Positions 9,770-22,680 of a stretch of 64,000 bases of DNA are shown here, in pieces; positions within the stretch are counted from its first letter, which is position 1, and each line of letters begins with the position of its first letter. Under the pieces are notes generated by a model that had not been told where the DNA came from, did no database searches, and saw only the letters and a program-made list of their open reading frames with translations. Source of the DNA: Candidatus Eiseniibacteriota bacterium. Its GTDB lineage: Bacteria > Eisenbacteria > RBG-16-71-46. The position numbers were made by a program, and so were the translations under genes. The stretch lies in the NCBI GenBank assembly GCA_963717505.1, contig OY970342.1, positions 512,001-576,000 on the forward strand, read 5' to 3'.

Positions 9770-11083
9770 GTGACCGAGCGGAGTTTTCCGGACGGGTTCC
9801 TGTGGGGTGCGGCCACGTCCCACCATCAGGTGGAGGGCAACGACTTCCACAACGATTGGTGGCGATTCGAGCAATTGCCGGGCTCGATCCACCGAGGTGA
9901 CGTCAGCGGTACGGCGTGCCGGCATTGGGAGCGCTACGACCAGGACTTCTCGCTGGCCGCGGGTGACGGCCACAACGCGCACCGTTTGTCGATCGCCTGG
10001 AGCCGCATCGAGCCCGAGCGCGGCCGGATCAACGGCGCCGCCGTCTCTCACTACCATGAAGTGTTCGCCTCACTCCGGCGCCACGGACTCCTGCCGATCG
10101 TCACGCTCCATCACTTCACGAATCCGCTGTGGATCGCCGACCACGGCGGCTGGGAGTCCCGGGCGACCGTGGATGCCTTCTGCGATTTCGCCAGGTTCTG
10201 TGGCGGCGAGTTCGGCGGGGAGGTGGACTGGTGGTGCACGGTCAACGAGCCCGAGGTCTACGCGTTCCGCGCGTATTCCGAAGGGCTTTGGCCGCCGCGA
10301 AAACGGGACGACGGGGCGGCACTGGGGGTCATCGCGAACATGCTCGAGGCCCATGGCCGAGCCTACCGCATCCTCCACGACGTCGACCGGATCGACGCCG
10401 ACGGCGACGGCCGGCCGGCGATCGTCGGCTTCGCCAAGCACCTGGTTCAGCTCGAGCCGGCGTGGCCGTGGTTTCCGCCGGACGCGCTGCGAGCGCGGAT
10501 CGAAGACCAGGTCTTCAACGCCTCGGTCATGAACGCGGCGGCAACCGGCGAGATCGCGCTGGCGATCCCTGGCGTGCGCCCGGTCCGGCGCAGGGTTCCC
10601 GAACTGGCGGGGGCCATGGACTACTTTGGCCTCAACTACTACACGCGCTGGCTGGTGAAGGCCCTTGGACCCGAGCCGCACGTTGCTCGTAGCGGGGCCC
10701 CGCTCAACGATTTGGGCTGGGAGCTCTACCCCGAAGGACTGGCGCTGGCGGTTCGCCGGGCCCACGAAGCCGCCCGCCGGGTGCGCCCCGACGTACCGGT
10801 CCTGGTCACCGAGCACGGTATTGCCGACGCGGCTGACAGCTTCCGACCCCGCGAACTGGTCGCAGCACTGACCGCCCTCCAGGGAGCCATCGCGGGTGGC
10901 GCCAACGTGCGCGGGTACCTGCACTGGTCCCTGATGGACAATTTCGAGTGGGCGGATGGATTCCGAGGGCGATTCGGCCTCTATGGGGTGGACTTCAGCG
11001 ATCCCGAGCGGCCGCGCACTCGTCGCCGGAGCGCGGAGCAGTTTTCGGCCATCGCGCGGAGCAACCGACTGCCGCCTGGTTAG
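9770..11083 (+). CDS. Glycoside hydrolase family 1 (beta-glucosidase-like)
   Basis: 'FPDGFLWGAATSHHQVEG', 'RLSIAWSRIEP', acid/base TVNEP, nucleophile VTEHG, 'WSLMDNFEWADG'. Confidence 0.92.
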   Translation: MTERSFPDGFLWGAATSHHQVEGNDFHNDWWRFEQLPGSIHRGDVSGTACRHWERYDQDFSLAAGDGHNAHRLSIAWSRIEPERGRINGAAVSHYHEVFASLRRHGLLPIVTLHHFTNPLWIADHGGWESRATVDAFCDFARFCGGEFGGEVDWWCTVNEPEVYAFRAYSEGLWPPRKRDDGAALGVIANMLEAHGRAYRILHDVDRIDADGDGRPAIVGFAKHLVQLEPAWPWFPPDALRARIEDQVFNASVMNAAATGEIALAIPGVRPVRRRVPELAGAMDYFGLNYYTRWLVKALGPEPHVARSGAPLNDLGWELYPEGLALAVRRAHEAARRVRPDVPVLVTEHGIADAADSFRPRELVAALTALQGAIAGGANVRGYLHWSLMDNFEWADGFRGRFGLYGVDFSDPERPRTRRRSAEQFSAIARSNRLPPG

Positions 11084-11403
11084 GAACACGAAACCTTGTG
11101 ACGCACTCGATGCAGGAATGGCCCGCTCCGAGTCCGAGTTCGGGGCGGCTGCCCCAGGAGAGAAACTAGGACTCGCCTCGGCCCACGATCTGAGGCTAGA
11201 ATCGCCAGCGGTCCCTGGCACCGCCTTCCCGCTAGGTTGGTCCAGGGTCGAAGTCGTTAGCGCGACAATTGACTCCGGTTCTTCCTCCCCCAGGGTGTCG
11301 GCGCTGACTCGAGCAACCATTTTCCGTTTGTCGCGTGTGACGGCTGGCATGGTTTGCTCGCCACCGGTCATGCACCGCGTCACACTTTGGAGAGTGTGTC
11401 CCC

Positions 11404-14400
11404 ATGCGCCGCGAATTCGACCACGGAAGGCGATCTCTGGGCAGCATCGTGCACGCGCACCTCGCCCTTGCGATCCTGGCTGGATCGGTTCTCATCGCCC
11501 CGGAGGTGGACGCCCAGACGCCGATCGAAGCCGGGTATCGCGACTTCAATTTCGGCACGGTCGTCAACGACACTCCCACCGGCGAGAAGCCACAGAGCAA
11601 GGTATGGTGGAACGACGGCAGCTGGTGGGGGATCCTGTGGGACCCGACGTCCAGTCGCTACGAGATTCACAAGCTGAACACGTCCACGCAGGCGTGGACC
11701 AGCACCAACGTCGCCGCGGACACGCGCTCGAGCGCCAAAGGCGACGCGTTGTGGGATGGGACGCGCCTCTACCTTGCGTTCCATGTCTTCTCGAACGGCT
11801 CGCAGAACGTCAGTCCGTCTCAGGCGGCACAGCTCTACCGATACTCGTACGACGCCGGCACCGACCAGTACTCGCTGGATCTCGGCTTCCCGGTCACGAT
11901 CAACAGCTCCAACTCCGAGACCCTGGTTCTGGCCAAGGACGGCACCGGACAGTTGTGGATCACCTGGATCCAGTCCGGCGACGTCATGGTCAACCACTCG
12001 GTGGGCAACGACCTGACGTGGGGCACTCCGTACCGGCTCCCGATTCAGGGCAACGACGCGGATGGGGACGACATCTCGTCGGTCTTCTCGCTCCCGGGCA
12101 GGATCGGGATCTTCTGGACCAACCAGGAGGACGAGGCCGACTATTTCGCCGCCCACCTCGACGGAGCGGCCGACAACGTCTGGCAGCCGCGCGAGACCGC
12201 CCTCAGTGACGGTAGTCTGTCGGTGGCGGATGACCACATCAGCATGGCCTTGGACGTATCCGGCAACCTCTACGTGGCGACCAAGACCAGCCTGAACTCC
12301 ACGGGCCAGCCGCTGATCTACCTCCTGCGCCGAACGCCCTCCGCGGTCTGGACGCGCTACGTCCTGGGACTGGTCGAGAACGACCACACGCGGCCAATCG
12401 TCCAGGTCGACGAGGGTGGCACGATCTACGTGCTCATGGCGAGCCCGCTGGGCGGTCGTGAGCGCATCTACATGAAAACGTCGAGCACGAGCAACATTTC
12501 ATTCCCGGGCGGATTGGGAACGCCTTTCATCAGCAGCTTGAGCGACAACACGATCCGAAATCCTTCCGGCACGAAGCAGTTGCTGACCGCGGCCTCGGAC
12601 ATGCTGGTGATCGCCAGCGACCAGGGTACCGATCGCTACTTTCACAATCTGCTGGCGATCGGCGGCTCGGGACCGGCGATCGCGTCGTTCGTCCCGGCCA
12701 GCGGCGTTCCCGGCAACCAGGTCACGATCAGCGGTTCCGGGTTCACGGGCGCGACCAGCGTCACCTTCAATGGCGTGAACGCGCCCGGCTTCATCGTCGA
12801 CTCGGCCAATCAGATCCGGGTCAACGTCCCCGCGACGGCAACCACCGGGCCGATCCGGGTGGTCACCCCCCAAGGCACCGCGGTCAGCAGCGCGAACTTC
12901 GTGATTGAGGCGGCCCCGACCATCGCGTCGTTCACGCCCGGCAGCGGGCCGCCGGGAATCGAAGTGACGGTGACCGGCACCAGCTTCGTGGGCACCACCG
13001 ACGTGCGGTTCAACGGGCTGTCGACCAGTTTCACGGTCGATGGCGACACGCAGCTGCGCGCGAACGTGCCGGGTGGCGCGACCACCGGCTCGATCTCGAT
13101 CACCAACGGCGTCGGCACGGGAACCAGCTCCAGCAGTTTCGTCGTCACCGCGCCGCCGCCGGTGGTGACGTTCACTGCGGTCCACGACGCCCGGGTCGAG
13201 TCCGGCAATCCGACCTCGAACTACGGAACCGGAAGCGGCAATACCACCCTGCTGCGCGTGCGCGCCGGGCCCGAGATCGACTCCTACATCAAGTTCAACG
13301 TCTCCGGTCTCAGCGGGCCGGTGGTCAGTGCCAAGTTGCGCTTGTTCTGCATCGACGACAGTCCGGATGGCGGCCGGGTCTACGCGACCTCGAACAACTA
13401 CCTGGGCACCTCGACGCCATGGACCGAAACCGGAATCATCTGGAACAACGCGCCCGGAGTCGGCGGAACCATCCTCGACCACAAGAACAACGTCGCCGTC
13501 AACGCCTGGGTCGAGTTCGACGTCACCCCCGCGATCACCGGCAACGGCACATTCAGCCTGGGCCTGACCAGCGGCCTGAGCAACATCGCCGGGTACCAGT
13601 CCAAGGAGTGGGCGAACCCGCCGCAGCTCGTGGTGTCGACCGCGGCCGGCTCGCCCACGATCGCGTCGTTCACGCCCTCGAGCGGCCCGCCGGGCACCGT
13701 GGTCACGATCACCGGCGGCAACTTCGGCACGACCTCCGCCGTGGCGTTCAACGGCGTGACGGCTGCGTTCATCATCGACAACAACACAGAGTTGCGGGCG
13801 ACCGTGCCGTCGGCGGCGTCTTCGGGTCCGATCAGCATCACCAACGCGATCGGCACCACCGCGAGTGCGGCGATCTTCACGGTGACGCCGCCGACGATCA
13901 CCGGCTTCACGCCGGACAGCGGCCCGATTGGCGCCACGATCACGATCACCGGAACCCAATTCGCGACCGTGAGCGTCGTCCGGTTCGCCGGCACTGCCGC
14001 TTCGTTCGTGATCGACAGCCCGACCCAGATCCGCGCGACAGTCCCCGTGGGCGCCGCCAGTGGGCCGATCAGCGTGGTCAACCCCGCTGGTTCGGCTTCG
14101 AGCGCCACGAGCTTCACCGTGATCCTGCCGCCGACCGTCGCCTCGTTCAGCCCAGCCAGCGGGCCCCCCGGCGCTCAGGTGGCGATCACCGGGACCCAGT
14201 TCAGCATCGCGACCGCGGTGACGTTCAACGGCGCGTCGGCGTCCTTCGTGATCGACAGCCCGACCCAGTTGCGAGCAACGGTCCCCGCCGGCGCGTCCAC
14301 CGGCCTGATCGGCGTCACGAATCTCGCGGGCTCGGCGACCAGCCCGACGGCCTTCACCGTCCTGCCCTCGGGTGCTCCGACGATCGCGGACTTCGCACCG

Positions 14401-15465
14401 ACCTCGGGACCCGTCGGCACCGTCGTCTCGATCACCGGGACCCAGTTCACAGGCACGACGACCGTGAAGTTCAACGGCGTCGCATCCGCGTTCACCGTCG
14501 TCGGGCCGACCCAGATCTCGGCGACCGTGCCCGCCGGGGCGACCCCGGGGCCGATCGCCGTGACCAACCAGGTCGGGACCACGTCGAGCGCAACCGACTT
14601 CGTGGTCACGATTCCGCAGACTACGTTCCTGCCCACGGCTGACGCGCGCGTCGAGTCCGCCAATCCAACGTCGAACTTCGGCTCGGGAGCCGGCACCCGC
14701 CCCTTGCTGCGCGTCCGGACCGGTCCTGCGATCAACTCGTATCTCAAGTTCTCGGTCAGCGGTCTGGTCGGTCCGCCGACTCAGGCCCGTGTCCGGTTGT
14801 TCTGCCAGGACGAGTCGACCATCGGTGGCACGATCTATCTGGTTTCGAACGACTATGCCGGGACCTCGACCCCCTGGACGGAGAGCGGCCTCATCTGGAA
14901 CAACGCGCCCGCAATCGGCGGCGCAGCACTCGACGCGAAAGGCGCGGTGGCGATCGGTCAGTGGGTCGAGTTCGACGTCACGCCGGCGATCACCGGCGAC
15001 GGCATCTACAGCTTTGGCCTGACCAGCAGCACCGGCAACATCGCCGGCTACACCTCGCGCGAAAGCACCACGCCGCCCGAACTGGTGATCGGCGACGGCG
15101 CCGTCGCCTCGTTGTCGGCCGGGGGCGGATCGACGCCGGTCCAGCGCGCGGCCTCGAGCGACCTCGTGATCGACGCCGAGTCGGTGGCCACGATCGCACT
15201 CGGCCCGATCCGTCCGAATCCGTTCCGCGGCGAGATGTCGTTCCGGGTCGACCTGCCACGGAGCGATCGGGTCCGGCTCGTGGTCTTCGATCTCATGGGG
15301 CGCCGGGTTCGAACGCTGGTCGAGGGGATTCTGGATGCGGGCGCGCACGAGTTCTCGTGGGATGCTCGCGACGACGGCGGGGCCCGGCTCGAGGCCGGGC
15401 TCTACCTGATCCAGCTCGACACACCCGGATTCACGACACGCCGAAAGGCCGTGCTCGCCCGATAG
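11404..15465 (+). CDS. Secreted modular protein: N-terminal beta-propeller-like domain, 6 IPT/TIG domains, 2 DNRLRE/CBM96-like domains, FlgD-Ig/T9SS-like CTD
   Basis: Signal peptide; six 'P.(I/V)..F.P.SG..G..(V/I).(I/V).G..F' repeats; two 'DARVES.NPTSN.G...SY.KF.VSGL...WVEFDVTPAITG' domains; C-terminus 'RPNPFRG...FDLMGRRVRTL...WDARD...AGLY'. Confidence 0.82.
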   Translation: MRREFDHGRRSLGSIVHAHLALAILAGSVLIAPEVDAQTPIEAGYRDFNFGTVVNDTPTGEKPQSKVWWNDGSWWGILWDPTSSRYEIHKLNTSTQAWTSTNVAADTRSSAKGDALWDGTRLYLAFHVFSNGSQNVSPSQAAQLYRYSYDAGTDQYSLDLGFPVTINSSNSETLVLAKDGTGQLWITWIQSGDVMVNHSVGNDLTWGTPYRLPIQGNDADGDDISSVFSLPGRIGIFWTNQEDEADYFAAHLDGAADNVWQPRETALSDGSLSVADDHISMALDVSGNLYVATKTSLNSTGQPLIYLLRRTPSAVWTRYVLGLVENDHTRPIVQVDEGGTIYVLMASPLGGRERIYMKTSSTSNISFPGGLGTPFISSLSDNTIRNPSGTKQLLTAASDMLVIASDQGTDRYFHNLLAIGGSGPAIASFVPASGVPGNQVTISGSGFTGATSVTFNGVNAPGFIVDSANQIRVNVPATATTGPIRVVTPQGTAVSSANFVIEAAPTIASFTPGSGPPGIEVTVTGTSFVGTTDVRFNGLSTSFTVDGDTQLRANVPGGATTGSISITNGVGTGTSSSSFVVTAPPPVVTFTAVHDARVESGNPTSNYGTGSGNTTLLRVRAGPEIDSYIKFNVSGLSGPVVSAKLRLFCIDDSPDGGRVYATSNNYLGTSTPWTETGIIWNNAPGVGGTILDHKNNVAVNAWVEFDVTPAITGNGTFSLGLTSGLSNIAGYQSKEWANPPQLVVSTAAGSPTIASFTPSSGPPGTVVTITGGNFGTTSAVAFNGVTAAFIIDNNTELRATVPSAASSGPISITNAIGTTASAAIFTVTPPTITGFTPDSGPIGATITITGTQFATVSVVRFAGTAASFVIDSPTQIRATVPVGAASGPISVVNPAGSASSATSFTVILPPTVASFSPASGPPGAQVAITGTQFSIATAVTFNGASASFVIDSPTQLRATVPAGASTGLIGVTNLAGSATSPTAFTVLPSGAPTIADFAPTSGPVGTVVSITGTQFTGTTTVKFNGVASAFTVVGPTQISATVPAGATPGPIAVTNQVGTTSSATDFVVTIPQTTFLPTADARVESANPTSNFGSGAGTRPLLRVRTGPAINSYLKFSVSGLVGPPTQARVRLFCQDESTIGGTIYLVSNDYAGTSTPWTESGLIWNNAPAIGGAALDAKGAVAIGQWVEFDVTPAITGDGIYSFGLTSSTGNIAGYTSRESTTPPELVIGDGAVASLSAGGGSTPVQRAASSDLVIDAESVATIALGPIRPNPFRGEMSFRVDLPRSDRVRLVVFDLMGRRVRTLVEGILDAGAHEFSWDARDDGGARLEAGLYLIQLDTPGFTTRRKAVLAR

Positions 15466-15536
15466 GGTCGGAACGATTGCCGGCTTCCGGAGCCTGCGTT
15501 AGGCTTGAGGCCCCCTCGCTCCTGGAGCCCGCCGCC

Positions 15537-15980
15537 ATGTCGAATCCGCCCGATGATCCTTTCGAGAACCTCCAGCGCGAGGTTCAGCGGCTGTTCCACG
15601 ATTTGGTTTACAGCCGCCATCCGGTCGCACACTTCGCCGAGCCGTCGTGGTCGCCGCCGGCGGATCTGGTGGTCAGCGCGGACGAGGCGCGGGTGATCGT
15701 CGAGCTGGCCGGCGTCCCGCGCAAGAACGTGCGCGTTCGCCTGCACGGCAACCTGCTCGAGGTCTGGGGTCAACGCACGCCACCTTCGCGCCTGCATGGT
15801 GCTCGCTACCACCGGGCCGAGATCTACTACGGCGAGTTTCGGCGACTGATCGAGCTGCCCTGGCCGGCCGACGAGGCCAAGGTCGAGGCCCGCTATCGCG
15901 ACGGACTCCTCGAGATCTCGCTGGTTCCCGCCGGCCGACTGGAGCCTCGGGAAGTCGCCATCCAGACGCCGGTGCGCTGA
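15537..15980 (+). CDS. Hsp20/alpha-crystallin family small heat shock protein
   Basis: 'WSPPADL...VELAGV...YHRAEIYYGEFRRLIELP...ARYRDGLLEI'; directly upstream of lon. Confidence 0.9.
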   Translation: MSNPPDDPFENLQREVQRLFHDLVYSRHPVAHFAEPSWSPPADLVVSADEARVIVELAGVPRKNVRVRLHGNLLEVWGQRTPPSRLHGARYHRAEIYYGEFRRLIELPWPADEAKVEARYRDGLLEISLVPAGRLEPREVAIQTPVR

Positions 15981-15990
15981 GGTCCGGCCG

Positions 15991-18659
<2,669 letters not shown>

Positions 18660-19241
18660 CAGGATCCCTCGCTGATCCGCAGGAAGGGCATCCAGGGTCA
18701 GCAGTTAACGGTCGTTGTCACCGCCACCGACAGCAACGATGGCGCTAGGACTTATCACGCTGCATATGTGGACAAGGCCGGAATGTCCTGGAACGCGAGC
18801 ACCCGCACATTCAAGTGGACGAATGCCGGGCCCGCCGGCACGTACTACGTGAAATTCTGGGTGACCAATGGCTCTGTGGCCGGAGGCGCGCAGAACGGTG
18901 CAATGGATGCGATCCTCGCCCAGATCACAGTAACATCGAGTAGTCCCGAGCGATCGGGGATGCCCTCAAAGGTCCAGCTTCAGCAGGCGCCACTGGTTTT
19001 CGGACCCAACCCCACCCGCGGCGAGTTCGTGGTCCTGACCCCGGCGAGGCGCGAAGCAGCCACTCTGGAGATCTTCGACGTCCGCGGACGACTCGTGAGT
19101 CGGGACTTCCAGGCCGCCGCTGACCGCGTCGTCTGGGATGGAAAGGATCGTCTTGGAATGGCGGCAGGTCCTGGCGTCTACCTCTACCGCCTGAGAGTAG
19201 GCACCGATCTGCGAGAAGGCCGCGTCGTGGTCGTGAAGTGA
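18660..19241 (+). pseudogene. 5'-truncated remnant: Ig-like (He_PIG/cadherin-like) domain + FlgD-Ig/T9SS-like CTD
   Basis: Frame is open back to the lon stop codon; 'GQQLTVVVTATDSND' lies upstream of the first start codon (GTG 18768); no signal peptide; C-terminus 'GPNPTRG...FDVRGRLV...WDGKD...GPGVYLYRL'. Confidence 0.6.
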
Positions 19242-19873
19242 TCCGCATCGCGTTCCTTGTGACTGTCGGTATCCTCCTTCAATCCGTCCCGCATGCGGAA
19301 GCCGACTCTTGTGCGACCACGACGTCCGTGGCAGTAGATACGAGCGCTATCAACGATCACATTCCTGCTTACTTCGGGAAAGCGCCGGGCCAGACGTTCT
19401 TCGCAAGTGACACGATGATCAGGTCGCTGACCGTCTGGCGTTCCTCGAACGTGGGACCCAATGGCACGGGGATGAAGCTCTGGATCACCGACGTCGATTC
19501 TACCGGTATGCCGCTGACCCTGCAGGTGGTTGTCGACGGACCGGTGCTCTCGTTGCCGATAGATGATGGGCATACACCCATAGAGGTGCGCTACGAGTGG
19601 GACCCTCCGATAGCGCTTCCTGGGACGGGACGGTATGCGTTCTTCATCCAGCAGTACTTATGCGATGGCACCTTCGATTTGCACACTGCTCCCGACCTGT
19701 ATCCAGGAGGCAGCCTATGGCGGACTCATCGCGGCATTCCCTATTGCGAGCTTCGCGAGCGGCCCCAGAACTGGACCAACTACGACCTTGTGTTCTCGAT
19801 CGAGTTCTGCGGCGATGCCTCGACACCAGCGGTTCAAAAGTCGTGGGGCCAGGTCAAAGTGCGGTACCGGTAG
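19238..19873 (+). CDS. Secreted hypothetical protein with C-terminal 'TPAVQKSWGQVKVRYR' tail
   Basis: Signal peptide (…HAEA); beta-rich core with four Cys; GTGA overlap with the upstream ORF. Confidence 0.75.
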   Translation: MIRIAFLVTVGILLQSVPHAEADSCATTTSVAVDTSAINDHIPAYFGKAPGQTFFASDTMIRSLTVWRSSNVGPNGTGMKLWITDVDSTGMPLTLQVVVDGPVLSLPIDDGHTPIEVRYEWDPPIALPGTGRYAFFIQQYLCDGTFDLHTAPDLYPGGSLWRTHRGIPYCELRERPQNWTNYDLVFSIEFCGDASTPAVQKSWGQVKVRYR

Positions 19874-21826
19874 CTACTCCCTCCGCTCGATGACCATCCG
19901 TCGCACGATCACCAGCGCGTCCAGGTCCGACTGGAGCGCGATGTCGACCGTGCCCCCGCCGTAGCGGATGCCGACCCGATCCGGCGCCTGCGCGAGCACG
20001 GCTTCGGTCGCCGAGTCGCGAATCCAGACGTTGACTCCCGGCAGGCTGGCTTCGATCGACACCACCCACACGCCGGGCGAGAGCGTGATCCCGGTGACAC
20101 CGGTGACCCGTTCGGGCCGAATCGTGACTCCCGCATTGCCGAGATCGTCGAGCCGCACGGTGCTCGCAGGGTCGGCGCTGATGTGCCAGCCCGGGATCAC
20201 GATTCGGCTGTCCGAGATCTCGATGCCCAGTGGCCCGCCGTCGCGTCGCATCCAGATGCGCGAGCGCGTCTTGTACGGCTCCGGGGTCTGGAAGTTGACG
20301 ATCGCATAACGCTCGAGGAAGCGCGGGTGGGCGCGCATTTCGAGGCCGCCTCTGTAGTAGGCGGTGTCGCCTCCCGCGGGATTCCGGAACAGGACCAGGT
20401 CCGGCTCGCGGCTCATCAGGTACTCGCCGATCGTGCCATCGCCCGGAGTGAGCTCGCGGACCGAGCCTCGCGGCAGCGACGCGAGATGGCTGTCGTTCGT
20501 CCCCGCCATGTCGATCGCCGGGAGCCGCGAGAAGTAGGGAATGGCGCCCGGTTGTTCCACGGCGATTCGCGGCCGCATCGAGCGAAACCCGCTCCCCAGC
20601 ATGCGCCCCACCGCTTGGGCCTCTTCGAGTTCCACGTCGCCGGCGTGCACGCCGCGCATCGCTGGATCGAGTATCTGGAGCGGCACGTAGATCGCGAGCG
20701 CAACTGCGGCGAGCAGCGCGAGACGCGGACCCGAGACGCCGCGCTCCCGAGCGAGCGTCAACGCTCGTGCCGCCAAGAACGCAAGCACGACCAGCGCTGG
20801 CAACATGAAGCGGCGCGCGGGCAGGTCGTCGCCGCCCATCAGGATCACGCACGCCAACCAGCCCCCGAGCATCACGAGCAGGAATCGCATCGCGCCGCGA
20901 TCCTCCGTCGCGGGAGCCGCGGCAGCCTCCGGCGCCGAAACCCGGCGTCTCGCCCACCACACAGCCGCCACCGCGACCAGCACGATCGGCGCCACGGTCG
21001 GAATCGCATCCACCACGTAGATCGCGCCGCCGAGGAGTCGCCCCGGTCCCAGGTCGAGCTGCTCGCGCACCGTGCTCGGCAGCAGGTTTCCGTGATAAGC
21101 GACGCGGAACAGACTGTGCGCGACGAGCGCCGCACCTGGCCACGCGAGCAATGCACCGATCTCACGCCGTGATCGTCCAGCCGCCCACAGCCCGGCGGCC
21201 GCCGCGATTCCGAACACAACACCTTCCGGACGAGCGATCGTCAGGAGCGACAGCATCATTCCCGCGGGAATCAGCGCCGTCCACGCGATCTCGTCGCGAT
21301 CGAGCAACGGCAGGACCAGCGCGATTGACCATGCGAGCAACGCAGCCACCATCGTGGCCTCGAAACCGCTGATCGACCACGCGGCGAGCGGCCCCGAACA
21401 CCCAATGGCCAGCGCCGCAAACGCGCCGGGCACCAGGTCGGCGAGCTCGGCCACCCGGCGCCGCCACAGCACGGCCACCACCGTCGCGACCGCGGAGGCG
21501 ATGCCGAGCATCCAGCTCGCTCGCACCAGGTCCACTCCCAGGGATCCGACCCCCGCCGTCGCCAACACCCACAAGAGGCTCGAGTAGCCCTCGATTCGCT
21601 CGCCACCGGTCCAGGTCAAACCATGCCCCTGAAGGATTCGATCGGCATAGCGCAGCGCCACGTAGGCGCGATCGAGATGGAACGGGAAGACGTATGCCGG
21701 AAACGCGAGGGCTGCCGCGATCGCGGCGGCGACCAGCGCCCACCACCCGGCGAGCGTCGATGCGGCGGGGCGCGCGGTTGCCGCTTCGGAGTGTGCGGAA
21801 CCGCGGGCTGCGCGCCGGGATTTCAC
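19874..21826 (-). CDS. Polytopic membrane protein, GT-C glycosyltransferase-like
   Basis: 'LDRAYVALRYA...GHGLTWTGGERIEGYSSLLW', 'SGFE', 'RPEG', 'GGD....RF..P' motifs; GTG 21826 overlaps the upstream TGA. Confidence 0.7.
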   Translation of the reverse strand: MKSRRAARGSAHSEAATARPAASTLAGWWALVAAAIAAALAFPAYVFPFHLDRAYVALRYADRILQGHGLTWTGGERIEGYSSLLWVLATAGVGSLGVDLVRASWMLGIASAVATVVAVLWRRRVAELADLVPGAFAALAIGCSGPLAAWSISGFEATMVAALLAWSIALVLPLLDRDEIAWTALIPAGMMLSLLTIARPEGVVFGIAAAAGLWAAGRSRREIGALLAWPGAALVAHSLFRVAYHGNLLPSTVREQLDLGPGRLLGGAIYVVDAIPTVAPIVLVAVAAVWWARRRVSAPEAAAAPATEDRGAMRFLLVMLGGWLACVILMGGDDLPARRFMLPALVVLAFLAARALTLARERGVSGPRLALLAAVALAIYVPLQILDPAMRGVHAGDVELEEAQAVGRMLGSGFRSMRPRIAVEQPGAIPYFSRLPAIDMAGTNDSHLASLPRGSVRELTPGDGTIGEYLMSREPDLVLFRNPAGGDTAYYRGGLEMRAHPRFLERYAIVNFQTPEPYKTRSRIWMRRDGGPLGIEISDSRIVIPGWHISADPASTVRLDDLGNAGVTIRPERVTGVTGITLSPGVWVVSIEASLPGVNVWIRDSATEAVLAQAPDRVGIRYGGGTVDIALQSDLDALVIVRRMVIERRE

Positions 21827-22680
21827 GCGAGCGCGCGCAGCTCGCTGCCGGCTTCGTTGATCTCGCCCAGGTCCGCGGCAAAGCCAGCCGCACCGTGGGC
21901 GCGCGCATAGCGCACGGCGTCGGGCAGCGTCGAGGCGCCACCCGCGCACAAGTCCTTGGCCACGATGTGCAGACCTGATCCACGCACGGCGGCGAGCACT
22001 TCATCGGGGTTGGGCTTCATCCCCAGTCCTCCCGGGTTGACCGGCGCGACCACGAAGTCCGGCACGAGTTTCCACTCGTCGAGCCGCCCGATCAAGGTGC
22101 CGAGATTGTGGGATTCGAATCCCGCGAGCGTGCGAAACCGTCTGCGGACAAAACGCAGGAACGATTCGAACACGCGGGCATTGCCGGCGGCGAGGGCGAA
22201 GTCCGTGATCCAGGCATCGAGCACGACGCCGCGCAGCGAATGTCCGGTGAGCGACGCCAGTTCCGACTCGACCAGCACCGGAAGTCGCGAGGCCCAGTCG
22301 CCACCGTAGAACGCCGCGGGCCGGGTGATGCGGGTGAGCGCCGAGCGCATCGACGAGCCGTTCCGTTGCCCGCGCCGGTGCAGGAGCGGCTCGACGCCGG
22401 GCTCGAGCTCGAGGCGCTCCACTTCCGAGAGCGCCGGAACCACCGCGAACAGGGGCACCTTGCGCTTGAGCTTCTTCATCGCATCGACCAGCATGGGCGA
22501 GGGACTGGCGAGCAACCCGTCGACGCCGGCTTCGAGTGCTCGCGCGATGGTCACCGCCAGCGATCCGGCTTCGCGGTAGCGAGCGGTCACGTCGAGCACG
22601 CGCTTGCGCGGCAGCAGCGACATGCCGTTGAGCGAGCGCGTCCCCATCAGAATGCGCGGCGGCGCCGGCAGCGGCTTCAT
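21823..22680 (-). CDS. Hypothetical protein, possible aldo/keto-reductase-like TIM barrel
   Basis: 'ILMG.....G', 'GFESHN', 'PVNPGGLGMKP', 'IVAK.L.AGG' resemble AKR-like proteins; coupled to both neighbours. Confidence 0.5.
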   Translation of the reverse strand: MKPLPAPPRILMGTRSLNGMSLLPRKRVLDVTARYREAGSLAVTIARALEAGVDGLLASPSPMLVDAMKKLKRKVPLFAVVPALSEVERLELEPGVEPLLHRRGQRNGSSMRSALTRITRPAAFYGGDWASRLPVLVESELASLTGHSLRGVVLDAWITDFALAAGNARVFESFLRFVRRRFRTLAGFESHNLGTLIGRLDEWKLVPDFVVAPVNPGGLGMKPNPDEVLAAVRGSGLHIVAKDLCAGGASTLPDAVRYARAHGAAGFAADLGEINEAGSELRALA

